Shown here piece after piece: positions 1 to 11,762 of a stretch of 64,000 nucleotides of DNA (positions are counted from its first letter, which is position 1; every line of letters begins with the position of its first letter). The notes under the pieces are model-generated. The model was not told the DNA's origin and searched no databases. It was given only the letters and a program-made list of their open reading frames with translations. A program made the translations under genes and the position numbers. Source of the stretch: Pristiophorus japonicus (lineage: Eukaryota); contig NC_091994.1 of assembly GCF_044704955.1 (NCBI RefSeq), positions 107,260,001 to 107,324,000 of the forward strand, given 5' to 3'.

Positions 1-46
1 GCTGTGTTGTCACGTATAGTTAGTCAACTTAGCAGCATTCTCACAA

Positions 47-929
47 CACAAAGGTCCTCCATAACCTGACCCCACCACACAGCACTGCCCCCGAATATCA
101 AAATCCACGATGAGACCTAGGACAACGTGGACCATTTTCCATACCTCGGGTGCCTACTGTCAGCAAGAGCAGACATTGCCGACAACGTCCAACACCGCCT
201 TCAGTGTGCCAGGGAAATCTTTGGTCGCCTGAGAAACACTGTGTTTGAAGACCAGGACCTCTGGCACCAAGCTTATGGTCTACAGGGCTGTAGTGATCCC
301 CCGCCCTCCTATACGGCTCAGAGATGTGGACTATATACAGCAGACACCTCAAAACACTGGAGAAGTACCACCAGCACTGCCTTTGCGAGATCCTGCAAAT
401 CCACTGGCAGGATAGGCACACCGTCAGTGTTCTCGCTCAGGCCAACATCCCCAGCATCGAAGCATTGGCCATGCTCGATCAGCTCCGTTGGGTGGGCCAC
501 ATCGTCCGCATGCCCGACACGAGACTCCCAAAGCAAGCACTCTACATGGAGCTTCGTCACGGCAAGCGAGCCCCAGATGGGCAGAGGAATTGCTTCAAGA
601 ACACCCTCAAAGCCTCCTTGATCAAATGCAACATCCCCACCGACACCTGGGAACCCCTGGCCCATGACCTCCCATAGTGGAGGAAGAGCATCCGGGAGGG
701 TGCTAAGCATCTCGAGTCCCATCGCCGAGAGCAAGCAGACACCAAGCGTAGACAGCGGAAGGAGCGTGCGGCAAACCAGACTCCCCACCCACCCTTTCCT
801 TCAACCACTGTCTGCTCCACCTGTGACAGAGACTGTAATTCACGCACTGGACTCTTCATTCACCGGAGAACTCACTTTTAGAGAGTGGAAGCAAGTCATC
901 CTTGACTCCGAGGGACTGCCTTTGATGAT
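47..929 (+). mobile_element. RTE-clade LINE, 5'-truncated, frameshifted 3' fragment
   Basis: Peptides HFPYLG, QLRWVGHIVRMPDTRLPKQ. 3' end GTGGAAGCAAGTCATCC..GAGGGACTGCC followed by a (GAT)n tail. Confidence 0.9.
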
Positions 930-930
930 T

Positions 931-1445
931 CTCGCCTGAGTCAGTAGGCCATGGGTTCAAGTTTCCTTCCAGGACCTGAACATGCAGTTCAAGCTGAAAC
1001 TTAGAGGCTGCGCTGCATTGTCAGACATGCCACCCTTCAGAGTTAAAACAATACCCTGCCCGCCTGTTTCAATGCTTCAGCTGCACATTAAAGATCTCAT
1101 GGTACTATTTGAAGAGGAGCAGAGAGTTCTTCCAGAGCCCTGACCAACATTCTTCCCTCAAACCAACACTACCAGAACTAGATTAACTACTCATAAGAAC
1201 ATAAGAAATAGGAGCAGGAGTAGGCCATTTGAGCCTGCTCCGCCATTTAAGATGATCATGGCTGATCAACCTCAACTCCACTTTCCTGCACTATCCCCTT
1301 AATATCCAATACTCATCTCATTTGTGTTCATGGGACATTGCAGTGCACAAAATGGCTACCAAATTCATCTGCATATTGTTTGTGAAGTGCTTTTGGACTT
1401 TACTGAGAGATGTGATAAGGCAGTATATAAATGAACATTCATTCT
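931..1445 (+). mobile_element. Deu-domain/SacSINE1-like SINE, interrupted by a minus-strand CR1 3' fragment (~1193-1310)
   Basis: tRNA-like head (GAGTCAG..GGGTTCAAG). Core and tail similar to the copies at 3226, 8727, 25012 and 60430. Confidence 0.7.
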
Positions 1446-1450
1446 TTCTA

Positions 1451-1600
1451 TAAAAAACAGAAAATGCTGGAAATCTCAGCGGGTCAGGCAGCATCTGTGG
1501 AGCGAGAAACAGAGTCCACAGATGCTGCCTGACCCGCTGAGATTTCCAGCATTTTCTGTTTTTATTTGAGATTCCAGCATCCGCAGTATTTTGCTTTTGT
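1451..1600. mobile_element. Penelope-like terminal fragment as an inverted duplication
   Basis: Perfect 49-bp arms at 1453-1501 and 1515-1563. TSD ATTCTTTCTA at 1441-1450 and 1601-1610. Same sequence as the ends of the GIY-YIG-bearing element at 44715. Confidence 0.8.
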
Positions 1601-2479
1601 ATTCTTTCTAATTGTGTTTAAGAGCCTGTTCTTGTACATCCATGAAGGAACTAACTGGATGTCTGCCATCTTGTGACTAAATTAGCAGGTTTTTTTTCAG
1701 GTTGAACATGGTATTCTGGTTTTATGCAAACCAGTATTGGATGAGGTCTCTGGGATCACTGACGCCCTGTACTATAGCATCATTCTATATGCCTGTTGAG
1801 AACTCTACAGTTAATGAATGATGCCTCTACTGATTGAACAAAATGGTCTAATGGAGCTGAATTACTACCAATTGGCAGATAACTTTTTCTGGATTCTAAA
1901 TAAATCAACGTTTTTACCCCCCCCCCCCAAATACAGAGGAAGACTGGCAGTTGTAATATATCCATTACAATCATTTACCCAGGGTATTTTAGTGATCTTG
2001 TTTCCCTCCCTTCCAATTTTATCCACCCACTCACTCCCATCTTCACTCCTGAAGAAGTCGTTGTTGGGAAGGAGTTCCTTGGATGATGGGCACCCTCCAC
2101 TGCCTCATCCAACTTGCTATTAAAAATGTGAGCTTTGACAATGAAAGCCAGCAGGCTATTCAACCTTTGGGGCCATCACAACTTGTTCAAGACTTTAGAT
2201 ATTCATGAATATGTTAAGTTCTTATTATTTGATACAGAATATATATTATAATAAAGTCCATCAATTCAATAGTAAGGCTGACATGATTTGGATAATGGTT
2301 ACTACATGGCCTATGATGATTCTCGCCTCAGTCAGTAGGCCATGGGTTCAAGCTTCATTCCAGGACTTGAGCATGCAGTCCAAACTGTTTCAAAGATTGA
2401 AATTAACACAGTTAAACAACATCTAACCCATTTTGGTGAAAATTTCTGAGACAGGATATGCTATTGAGCTAATTTGTTG

Positions 2480-3122
2480 AGCCGCCCTCCTATATGGCTC
2501 AGAGACACAGACGATGTAACAGCAGGCCCTTCAAAACACTGGAGAAGTAACACCAATGCTACCTCCGCAAGATCCTGCAAATCCATTGGCAGAATAGGCA
2601 CACCAACGTCAGTATCTTTGCTCAGACCAATATTCCCAGCATCGCAGCATTGATCACACTTGATCAGCTCCACTGGACGGACCACATAGTCTGCATACCT
2701 GACACGAGACTCCCAAAACAAGTGCTGTACTCAGAGCTCTGACATGGCAAGCAAGCCTCAAGTGGGCAGAGGAAACGCTTCAAGGACACCCTCAAAGCCG
2801 CCTTGAAAAAAATGTAACATCCCCACCAACACCTGGGAATCCCTGGCCCAAACCCGCCCAAAGTGGAGGAAAAGCATCCGGGAAGGCACTGAACACCTCG
2901 AGTCTCTTAGTCAAGAGCAAGCTGAAGCCAAGCGCCGACAGCGGAAGGAGCGCACGGCAACCCAGGCACCCCACCCACCCACCCGTTCCTTCAACCACCG
3001 TTTCTACCACCTGTGACAGAGACTGTAGGTCCCACATTGGACTCTTCAGTCACCTGAAAACTCATTTTTTAGTGTGGAAGCAAGTCATCCTCAACGCCAA
3101 GGGACTACCTATGATGATGATG
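2480..3122 (+). mobile_element. RTE LINE 3' fragment
   Basis: Homologous to 47-929; ends GGGACTACCTATGATGATGATG. Confidence 0.9.
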
Positions 3123-3225
3123 AATTTGTAAAGCACATCACTATCTATTTAGCCCAGTTTCAAAAATACTTCAAACCAGGCAGATATACAATTGGAAAAG
3201 TTTTCAGAAGTCTTTTAAATACAAA

Positions 3226-3592
3226 ATTCAGGCTGACGTTCCAGTGCAGTGCTGAGGGAGTGCTGCACTGTCAGAGGTACCGTCTTTCAGATGAGACGTT
3301 AAACCAAAACCCTGTCTGCTCTCTCAGGTGGATGTAAAAGATCCCATGGCACTATTTCTAAGAAGAGCAGGGGAGTTCTCCCCAGTATCCTGGCCAATAT
3401 TTATTCCTCGATCAACATCACTAAAACAGATTATCTGGTCATTATCACATTGCTGTTTGCGTAAACTTGCTGTGTGCAAAGTGGCTGCCACGTTTCCTAC
3501 ATTATAACTTCACAAAGTATTTCATTGGCTGTAAAGCGCTTTGGGACGTCTGGTCGTCGTGAAAGGCGCTATATAAATGCAAGTCTTTCTTT
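3226..3592 (+). mobile_element. Deu-domain/SacSINE1-like SINE
   Basis: Core CAGTGCAGTGCTGAGGGAGTGCTGCACTGTCAGAGG; tail GAAAGGCGCTATATAAATGCAAGTCTTTCTT. Confidence 0.8.
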
Positions 3593-4256
3593 TTACATTT
3601 CTATACAATCCCTATTTATGTCTGTAAATGTATTTTTCCGTAGCCTGTAAAATGCTGCATAATTGCAGTCATGCTTCTGAGAGTTTAATAAAATTATTTC
3701 ATATACTTCCGACCACTGCACAGCCCTGTTGAAAAGAACTTGGCCATACATTCAGCATTTGAAATCAAAATAAACCAGTTGTTGCGAGCTGAGAATAGGA
3801 AAATAAAAATATCAGAGGATGAACATAAATATGCTTTATTAGTTGAAGATATATGGAGACACAGAAAGAAATCCACCGTGGCATATTCTTTACTACTTCT
3901 GGAATCATATCAGGTATGGGAATTACTGAAATCAACAACTTGTATTTATATAGCACCTTTAACATAGTGAAATGTTCCAAGACGCTTCATAGGATTATTT
4001 GGAGACAAAACAATTGACACCGAGCCATACAAGGAGAAATTAGGGCAGGTCAAAGAGGTAGGTTTTAAGGAGCGTCTAGAAGGAGGAAAGAGAGGTGGAG
4101 AGGTGGAGAAGTTGAGGCAAGGAGTTCCAGAGCTTGGGGTCTCGGCCACCAATTGTTGAGCGATTATAATCGGGGATGCTCAAGAGGACAGAATTAGAAT
4201 GCAGACATCTCGGGGGGTGGGGGGGGGGGGGTTAGGGCTGGCGGAGATTAGAGGTA

Positions 4257-6839
4257 AGGCTCAATTTTGCCCAGGCCCGTTCTTTGGCGTATTGCCAGAG
4301 TTACACCTGTTTTTCTAGGCCAGAAATACAGCAAAAATATTTCTCCAAAGTTTCCCTGCTGTATTTTTCAAATTTGGCAGCTGGTGCTATGACCCCCCTC
4401 CAACCCTGTTTGAAGACGGTCGGTGGTGGCGAGAGTAAAAAAACAATGAAAACTTCAGAATTCCATGAAACTTCCATGTACTCCGTTGAAAGGTAAAAAA
4501 ATGTAATCTTTATTATGGATATTTAAAGTGTTCTTGACTCTCTCCAAAAACTTCAATGAAAAACAATGTCGTCTTTCAGCGCCGATTTCTCAATGTGTGC
4601 TGCTTTCTGTTAACTCACCAGAAGGGAGTGGCCAGATATGTCGACCTAGCAGAAAATGTTTTTGGCCAAACTGTGAAAAATCATCAAAACTGACAAAAAA
4701 AAAAAGTAACAATCCTCACGATCCTTGCCCGTGTCATTCTTTAACTTGTCAATTTACACAAGTTTCTCCATTTAAAAAAAGTATGGAGATTGAGATCCTG
4801 AGAAAGATTGCAAAGTGCAATACAGCGGGATCTGGGGGTACTTGTGCATGAAACACAAAAGGATAGTATGCAGGTACAGCAAGTGATCAGGAATGGAATC
4901 TTGGCCTTTATTGCAAAGGGGGATGGAGTATAAAAGCAGAATGTCTTGCTACAGCTGTACAGGATATTGGTGAGACCATACCTGGAATACTGCATACAAG
5001 TTTGGTCTCATTTAAAGAAGGATATACTTGCATTGGAAGCTGTTCAGAAAAGGTTCACGAGATTGATTTCTGAGATGAACTTGATTTCCATATTTACGAA
5101 AGGATATACTTGCTTTGGAGGCAGTTCAGAGAAGGTTCACCAAGTTGATTCCGGGGATGAGGGGGTTGACTTATGAGGAAAGGTTGAGTAGGTTGGGCCT
5201 CTACTGACATGGATAGAGAACTGGTTGGCAGACAGGAAACAGAGAGTCGGGAGAAACGGGTCCTTTTCAGAATGGCAGGCAGTGACTAGTGAGGTGCCGC
5301 AGGGCTCAGTGCTGGGACCCCAGCTATTTACAATATACATTAGATGAAGGAATTGCGTGTAATATCTCCAAGTCTGCAGATGACACGAAGCTGGGTGGCG
5401 GTGTGAGCTGTGAGGAGGAAGCTAAGAGGCTGCAGGGTGACTTGGACAGGTTAGGTGAGTGGGCAAATGTATGGTAGATGCAGTATAATGTGGATAAATG
5501 TGAGCTTATCCACTTTGGGGCCAAAAACACGAAGGCAGATTATCTGAATGGCGGCAGATTAGAAAAAGGGGAGGTGCAATGAGATCTGGATGTCATGGTA
5601 CATCAGTCATTGAAAGTTGGCATGCAGGTAGAGCAGGCGGTGAAGAAGGCAAATGGTATGTTGGCCTTCATAGCTGGGGAATTTGAGTATAGGAGCAGGG
5701 AGGTCTTACTGCAGTTGTACAGGGCTTTAGTGAGGCCTCACCTGGAATATTGTGTTCAGTTTTGGTCTCCTAATCTGAGGAAGGACGTTCTTGCTATTGA
5801 GGGAGTGCAGCGAAGGTTCACCAGACTGATTTCCGGGATGGCATGACTGTCATATGAGGAGAGACTGGATCGACTGGGCCTGTATTCACTGGCGTTTAGA
5901 AGGATGAAAGGGGATCTCATAGAAACATATAAAATTCTGACGGGACTGGACAGGTTAAATGCAGGAAGAATGTTCCCGATGTTGGGTAAGTCCAGAATCA
6001 GGGGATACAGTCTAAGGATAAGGGGTAAGCCATTTCGGACTGAGATGAGGAGAAACTTCTTCACTCAGAGTTGTTAACCTGTGGAATTCCCTACTGCAGA
6101 GAGTTGTTGATGCCAGTTCATTCGATATATTCAAGAGGGAGTTAGATATGGCCCTTACGGCTAAAAGGATCAAGGGGTATGGCGAGAAAGCAGGAAAGGG
6201 GTACTGATGTGAATGATCAGCCATGATCTTATTGAATGGTGGTGCAGGCTCGAAGGGCCGAATGGCCTACTCGTGCACCTATTTTCTATGTTTCTGCGTT
6301 TACTCATTGGAATTCAGAAGAATGAGAGGTGATCTTATTGAAACGTATAAAATTATGAGGAGGCTTGACAAGGTGGATGCAGAGAGGATGTTTCCACTGA
6401 TGGAGCAAACTAGAACTAGAGGGCATGATCTTCGAATAAGGGGCCGCCCATTTAAAACAGAGATGAGAAGAAATTTCTTCTCTCTGAGGGTTGTAAATCT
6501 GTGGAATTCACTGCCTCAGAGAGCTGTGGAAGCTGGGACATTGAATAAATTTAAGACAGAAATAGACAGTTTCTTGAACAATAAAGGAATAAGGGGTAAT
6601 AGGGAGCAGGCGAGGAAGTGGAGCTGAGTCCATGATCAGATCAGCCATGATCTCATTGAATGGCAGAGCAGGCTCGAGGGCCATATGGCCTACTCCTATT
6701 TCTTATGTTATTTATGTATTTCTTATTAAAAAAAATCATAACCAATTCAGTTACACTGGCGCAGATTCCTGGGAGAAACTTTGATTTAAATACCTGTGCG
6801 CCAAAAAAACAGCACAAATAACCCAGGAAAATTGAGCCC
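4257..6839. mobile_element. Non-autonomous TIR element (Harbinger/Tourist-like) carrying nested CR1s
   Basis: TIRs AGGCTCAATTTT and AAAATTGAGCCC, flanks GTA/ATA. Related to 47141-47689. Confidence 0.7.
4780..6715 (+). mobile_element. CR1 LINE 3' fragment with a second CR1 (~5205-6299) nested inside
   Basis: Motifs LVRPHLEYC, QGSVLGP, SADDTKL and two separate CR1 3' UTRs. The host resumes at TACTCATTGG. Confidence 0.9.
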
Positions 6840-8726
6840 ATAAGGAGGGGCGAGGCCATACAGAGATTTGAAAATAAGGTTGAGAATTTTGAAATGGAGG
6901 CGTTGCTTCACCAGAAGCCAATGTAGGTCAGCGATAATGGGTGATGAGTGAGCGGGACTTGGTGCAAGTTAGGACACGGGTAGCCAAGTTTTGGATCACC
7001 TCTAGTTCATGTCGGGTAGAATGTGGGAGGCCAGCATGGATGAGGGCTTCAGCAAAGTTTGAGCTTGGGCAAGAGTGGAGACGGGCAATGTTACGGAGGT
7101 GGAAATAGGCGGTCTTAGTTAGTTATGCTGCGGATAGGTGGTTGAAAGCTCATTTTAGGGTCAAATGTAACACAAGATCAGCTATGATCTTATCGAGGGG
7201 CCAAATGGCCTACTCCTGCTCCTATTTCTGATGTTCTTATATAAGGTTGTGAACAGTCTGGTCCAGCCTCAGACAGAAGTAACTTATAAAACAAAAATCT
7301 ACTTACTGCAATGCAATTTTGAACGCCAAGCAAGAAATGGGATTTAAATATAATTGAATGACTCCAGGAGTCCAGAAATATTAAATTGGTCCAAATAGCT
7401 ATTGGCATGCATTGCCACATTGTGCTTTTGGTAATCACATTTTGCGGCATGTACCTTCTCTGACTATGCATGAAACGAATGTTGAGGATTTTTCCTTTTG
7501 AACTGTGAATAGCATCTCTGACACCAAAACTGAAATACTATAAAAGGAACCAACTGTACAAAGTGTTCATATGTTTCTGATCATTTATTTAATATATCAT
7601 TTTCAGCAATAGAATTTCTTTTTCCTTTCAACAATAATAACTTGTATTTATAAAGCGCCTTTAACATAGTAAAACGCCCCAAGTCGTTATCAAACAAAAT
7701 GTCCTCCCCAGTGGTGTTTTGTCAAGAGAATGGGACAATCCAATCAAAAACTCCAAGGTTGAAAACAACAAGAGCATTTTTCAGCTGGAGCCAAGGGGAA
7801 CCTTCCTGAATCGATTTCTTCCCTCCAGTCAAGCCTACCCTCAAAGAGAATGCCAAACACAAAATGGCAATCAAGACTGAGACAGTGCAGTGCTCTAGTT
7901 TTGGAACTATCAGACCTTACAAAATGAAAACAAAACAACGTAAATGACATAACCCAAGTTCCAATTCCGAAAACTAAGAGAATTCAGTCAGAGTTTAAAG
8001 CCCCAAACTCATCCATCAGTAAGTAAATATGGCAGCAAACTGCAATGCAGATCAATATAAAATTTTACTGATGTCCAGATCTTAGTGATTATATGCTTAT
8101 TTATTTGAATCAGATTTAAATGCCTGTGCCAAGGAGTGTTTATAGAAGTCTGATCCTTTCATTAATTTTAATGATCCACAAGGGTAGGAGAGTTTCCAGT
8201 GAATATTACTGCTCGCAGACCATCGTCTTTACTCTGGAAAATAACTAACAAAGCAGCCGGCTGTGCCGTCGAAAATAATCCAGACTGATTTTATCTTCAT
8301 CTCGCACAATCATGGCAGGGCAACTAAAATTAATCATCCTTACTTAAGTCAGTGTTACATATTTTACAAGCATTTTGTCATAGGATTGCCTGGAACAAAT
8401 CCTTAAAGCCTGTTAAATGACGCCACAATGAATGAAAGAAGTGTGCATTTATGTTGCACTCAAATATCCCAGAATCTACTTTAGCAAGAGGAAGTACAGC
8501 TGGTGGAGGAGGGCCTGGTGCAATATAAAAAAAGGAAAGAGAGTGAAGAATTTTTTAGAACTATTTTTTCATTAACTTAAATAGATTTTTTTCTTTGAAT
8601 TACTGCTCCAGCAAAATATGTTCTCTGTTGCCTTTATTGACAAATGATGCGAAGAAGAGGAAACAATGAGGGGTAAGGTAGAGGGTAAGGAAGGAAAGGA
8701 GGGAAGCAAGGGAAGGGAAGGGAGAC

Positions 8727-9150
8727 CGACTTGCATTTATATAGCACCTTTCATGACCACCAGATGTCCCAAAATGCTTTATAGCCAATGAAGTACTTTT
8801 GAAATGTAGTCACTGCTGTAATGTGGGAAACGCGGCAGCCAATTTGAGCACAGCAAGCTCCCACAAACAGCAATGTGATAATGACCAGATGATCTGCTTT
8901 TTTAGTGATGCTAATTGAGGGATAAATCAGGGATAACTCACCTGCTCTTTTTCGCAATAGTGCCATGGGTTCTTTCACATCCACCTGTTCGGACAGATGG
9001 GGCCCTGGTTTAACAAGTCATCCAAAAACAGCACCTCCAACAATTCAGCACTCCCTCAGCACTGCACTGGGAGTGTCCGCCTAGATTTATGTGCTCAAGT
9101 CTCTGGAATGGGGCTTGAACCCACAACCTTCTGAGGCTACCAACTGAGCT
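8727..9150 (-). mobile_element. Deu-domain/SacSINE1-like SINE, near full length
   Basis: Reverse complement of the 3226 family, with a tRNA-like head at ~9100-9150. Confidence 0.8.
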
Positions 9151-9321
9151 ACAGCAATATACAAAGCATTGTCACATACTGAGCGGCATTTCTTCCATTT
9201 TTGTAGGGTAAGTATGAACTATGGTGTCTTTAATGACACATAGAGGAAAAGAGATGGAAAGGAAATTGATCAGGATTTCATAAAAACTGCAGGAAGAGTT
9301 TATCCAATGAATAACAATGCC

Positions 9322-9630
9322 ATTCAGACTAGGAAGGTCCCAGTTTCAATCCTGCTGTAGGCAGAACTGGTTAATCTCAACTGGAGCAGCAAAAAGGATG
9401 TTATAATTGGACTCTGTGCTGCTGGGTGATAATGGAAGGAGGAGACGATAAAGAAAAGGGGGAAATAATGGGCAGGATTCCCACACTTGCTCACTATCCA
9501 TGAATCCCTCTTTAAAATGCACGGCTGCATCATCAAGTGAGAACATGGCTGGAGTTGGATGTGGTGCCCCTTCAGTAGAAAAACTGTCAAGACTCGCATA
9601 TGAGTAAGTAGTACCTGGGTAAGGTACTTT
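9322..9630 (+). mobile_element. Old tRNA-derived SINE-like repeat
   Basis: B-box-like GGTCCCAGTTTCAATCC. Loosely related copies on the minus strand at ~20390-20550 and ~43440-43750. Confidence 0.4.
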
Positions 9631-10573
9631 GGAACAACTGTCACAATCGTGGAATCATACCCCAATCAGGGGCCCAACGCCTTCATGAATAGAGAAGGGA
9701 GAAAAGTGGTCGGGAAAAAAAAACTGTATAAGTCTCAACTCACACTGGTTATTGAATTACGTAATAGGTTAAATATTTCTTCAATATTTTCCAGGTGTTC
9801 AGAAAACCATGGCCAAATGTTTTGTCATTATATTTGAATAATAGCCATTTAGAGCCTTGCCTACAATGTGTAGCAATATCATCGATATGTCAACTTAATG
9901 TAACCATTGCTGTAATTTATTGTACATTTTAGCATACTTGTTTAATCTGCATCAATCACAGTTCTGTATTCTACTCCCTGGAGCTATTTTTGGTCTGCTT
10001 GCAAACACAATGGTCCCAGCTATATACAACAGGCATTTTGATATTTTCTGTGCAATAAAACTATATTATTATACTCCAGTGATATACAAATGTATCCCAT
10101 TGTGTGATGTGATATAAATAGAATGATTGCATCATTCTCTGATACTTTGTTAGGAGATTTTCTTTTATGCTCGAGACAAGCCCTTCATCAACAGCACAGA
10201 ACATGAGCAATTTGCAATTGTTTTCTCATTGAGGATAAACAACCACGACTTGGTTTTCTTTCTCCATGAAGTAAGATCAATCACAAGAAACCTAACTTGC
10301 TGAACATGATACCTGGATCATCATTTGCATATTGAATAGCAAAAATTTCAGAATTGAATTGTGAGGGGAGTCGAAAACTAGGAGCCATAAAATGGTAGTC
10401 ACCAATAAATCCAATAAGGAATTGGAGAAACTTCTTTACTCAGAGGTCAGAATGGGGAACTTGCTACCACATGGAGTAGTACTGAGGGGAAGCTCGATAA
10501 GAACACAAGGGAGAAAGGAAGAAAAGGAATTGCAGATAGGGTGGTTAAAGCTCATGTGGACCAAAAACGGCCT

Positions 10574-10804
10574 GTGGGGTGGATTGACCCATCCACCTCC
10601 ACGGAGGTGTGTGGGGGGCCTGACCCATCCACCTCCATGGCACGAACCTGGTATTGCAGTACTCCCAGGAACGGTGCAGTGGCTCTCGGCCTTTTGGCTA
10701 AGAGCATTGGCGCAGAGTGATCCTTGATGTGTGCAAGGTGACCTCTGGCGTTTGTGATTTGACAAAGAATTGGAAAGATTGGCTACGAATAAAAAAATTT
10801 TTTA
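10574..10804 (+). mobile_element. snRNA-derived SINE-like element type B, 5'-truncated
   Basis: U2 3' stem-loops, then the U2 5' end (CTCTCGGCCTTTTGGCTAAG), tail and A-tract. TSD AAAAACGGCCT at 10563-10573 and 10805-10815. Matches 57164-57486. Confidence 0.85.
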
Positions 10805-10809
10805 AAAAA

Positions 10810-10976
10810 CGGCCTTTTGGCTAAGATCAAGTGTAGTATCTGATCGTATCAGTTTAATATCCCCTATCTGGGGACCAAATATTAAATTGATTTTTGGAAC
10901 AGGGAGATGGAACAGAGGCTTGCTCCGTCCACTCCACGCATCGACCTGGTATTGCAGTGTTTCCAGGAACGGTGCA
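10810..10976 (+). pseudogene. RNU2: U2 snRNA-derived sequence (retroposed, non-functional)
   Basis: CGGCCTTTTGGCTAAGATCAAGTGTAGTATCTG...Sm site ATTTTTGG...CCTGGTATTGCAGT..CCAGGAACGGTGCA. Lacks the first ~9 nt and TGATACGT of stem IIa. Confidence 0.92.
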
Positions 10977-11072
10977 GCTTCCCCTCTCGGCCTTTTGGCT
11001 AAGATCAAGTGTAGTCGCGCAAAGTGATCTTTGGCGCTGGAGTTGATCTGACAAGAATGAACAAAAAAAAAA
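10810..11072 (+). mobile_element. snRNA-derived SINE-like element type A: near-full U2 + U2(6-37) + tail + poly(A)
   Basis: Direct match to U2 snRNA, followed by a second U2 5' piece and a tail homologous to the type B tail. Confidence 0.85.
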
Positions 11073-11762
11073 CACCGGCGTAGATCAGTTGAGTGAATTG
11101 GCCTGTTTCTGTATTGTAAATTCTATGTAACTGAGCAGAATAGCACAAATGCATTTAAAGGGAAGCTAGATAAGTACATGATGGAGAAAGGAATAAAAGG
11201 GCCTGTTGATAGGTTGAGATGAAGCAAGATGGGAGGAGGTTCATGTGGAGCATAAATACAGGCATAGACCTGTTGGGCTAAGTGGCCTGTTTCTCTACTG
11301 TAAATACTTGGGACCCAAAATTGGTCAATACATAAGGACTGCCCATTTCTTGGCGGTATGCCGGCAGTGCGTCATTTCAAACCGAAGAGGACAAAATTGG
11401 TTGATTTTTTTTCGGCGGTATGCCAGTGGTCTGCAGCAGGCGGTAGGTAACACAGCAGTTGATCCTGATCGACATTCTTTTCGATGGACGGTGCAGCACT
11501 GAATTGCGCATGCTCGTTTTTTTTTTCTTTCTTCCTTTTTCCACAGAAGCATTTTACCCGCGATTTCGGGGGGTCAGAGGTCACCTGCGCATGCGCAATG
11601 AGTTGCAGTCGAGGGGGAAAGTGAGAAGGGGCAGCAAGCTAGTCGCTGGTCAGTTACTTTAAAAACACATTGCAGAGTTTAAAAATATTCATAACAAATA
11701 ATAATTCTATACTTTGAACAGCAAGACATATTTTACAAAGCAAAAATCATAACATAAATATA

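Larger units (their letters stand above)
3932..7275 (-). mobile_element. L2-like LINE fragment split (3932-4256 and 6840-7275) by a TIR element
   Basis: 3' tail AAAGGTGCTATATAAATACAAGTTGTTG on the minus strand; the sequence reads through across the insertion. Confidence 0.6.
10360..11305 (+). mobile_element. CR1 3' UTR fragments; the first hosts the snRNA-derived insertions
   Basis: GCTCATGTGG..|..CACCGGCGTAGATCAGTTG..GGCCTGTTTCTG..ATTCTATGTAA is split at 10563-11072. Confidence 0.7.

Noticed and set aside
98-859. Antisense ORFs over RTE, CR1 and Gypsy elements
   Set aside because: Shadow frames of TE coding sequence.
10810-10976. Functional U2 snRNA gene
   Set aside because: 5'-truncated, stem IIa deletion, embedded in a CR1 with a poly(A) tail, and no upstream snRNA promoter context.
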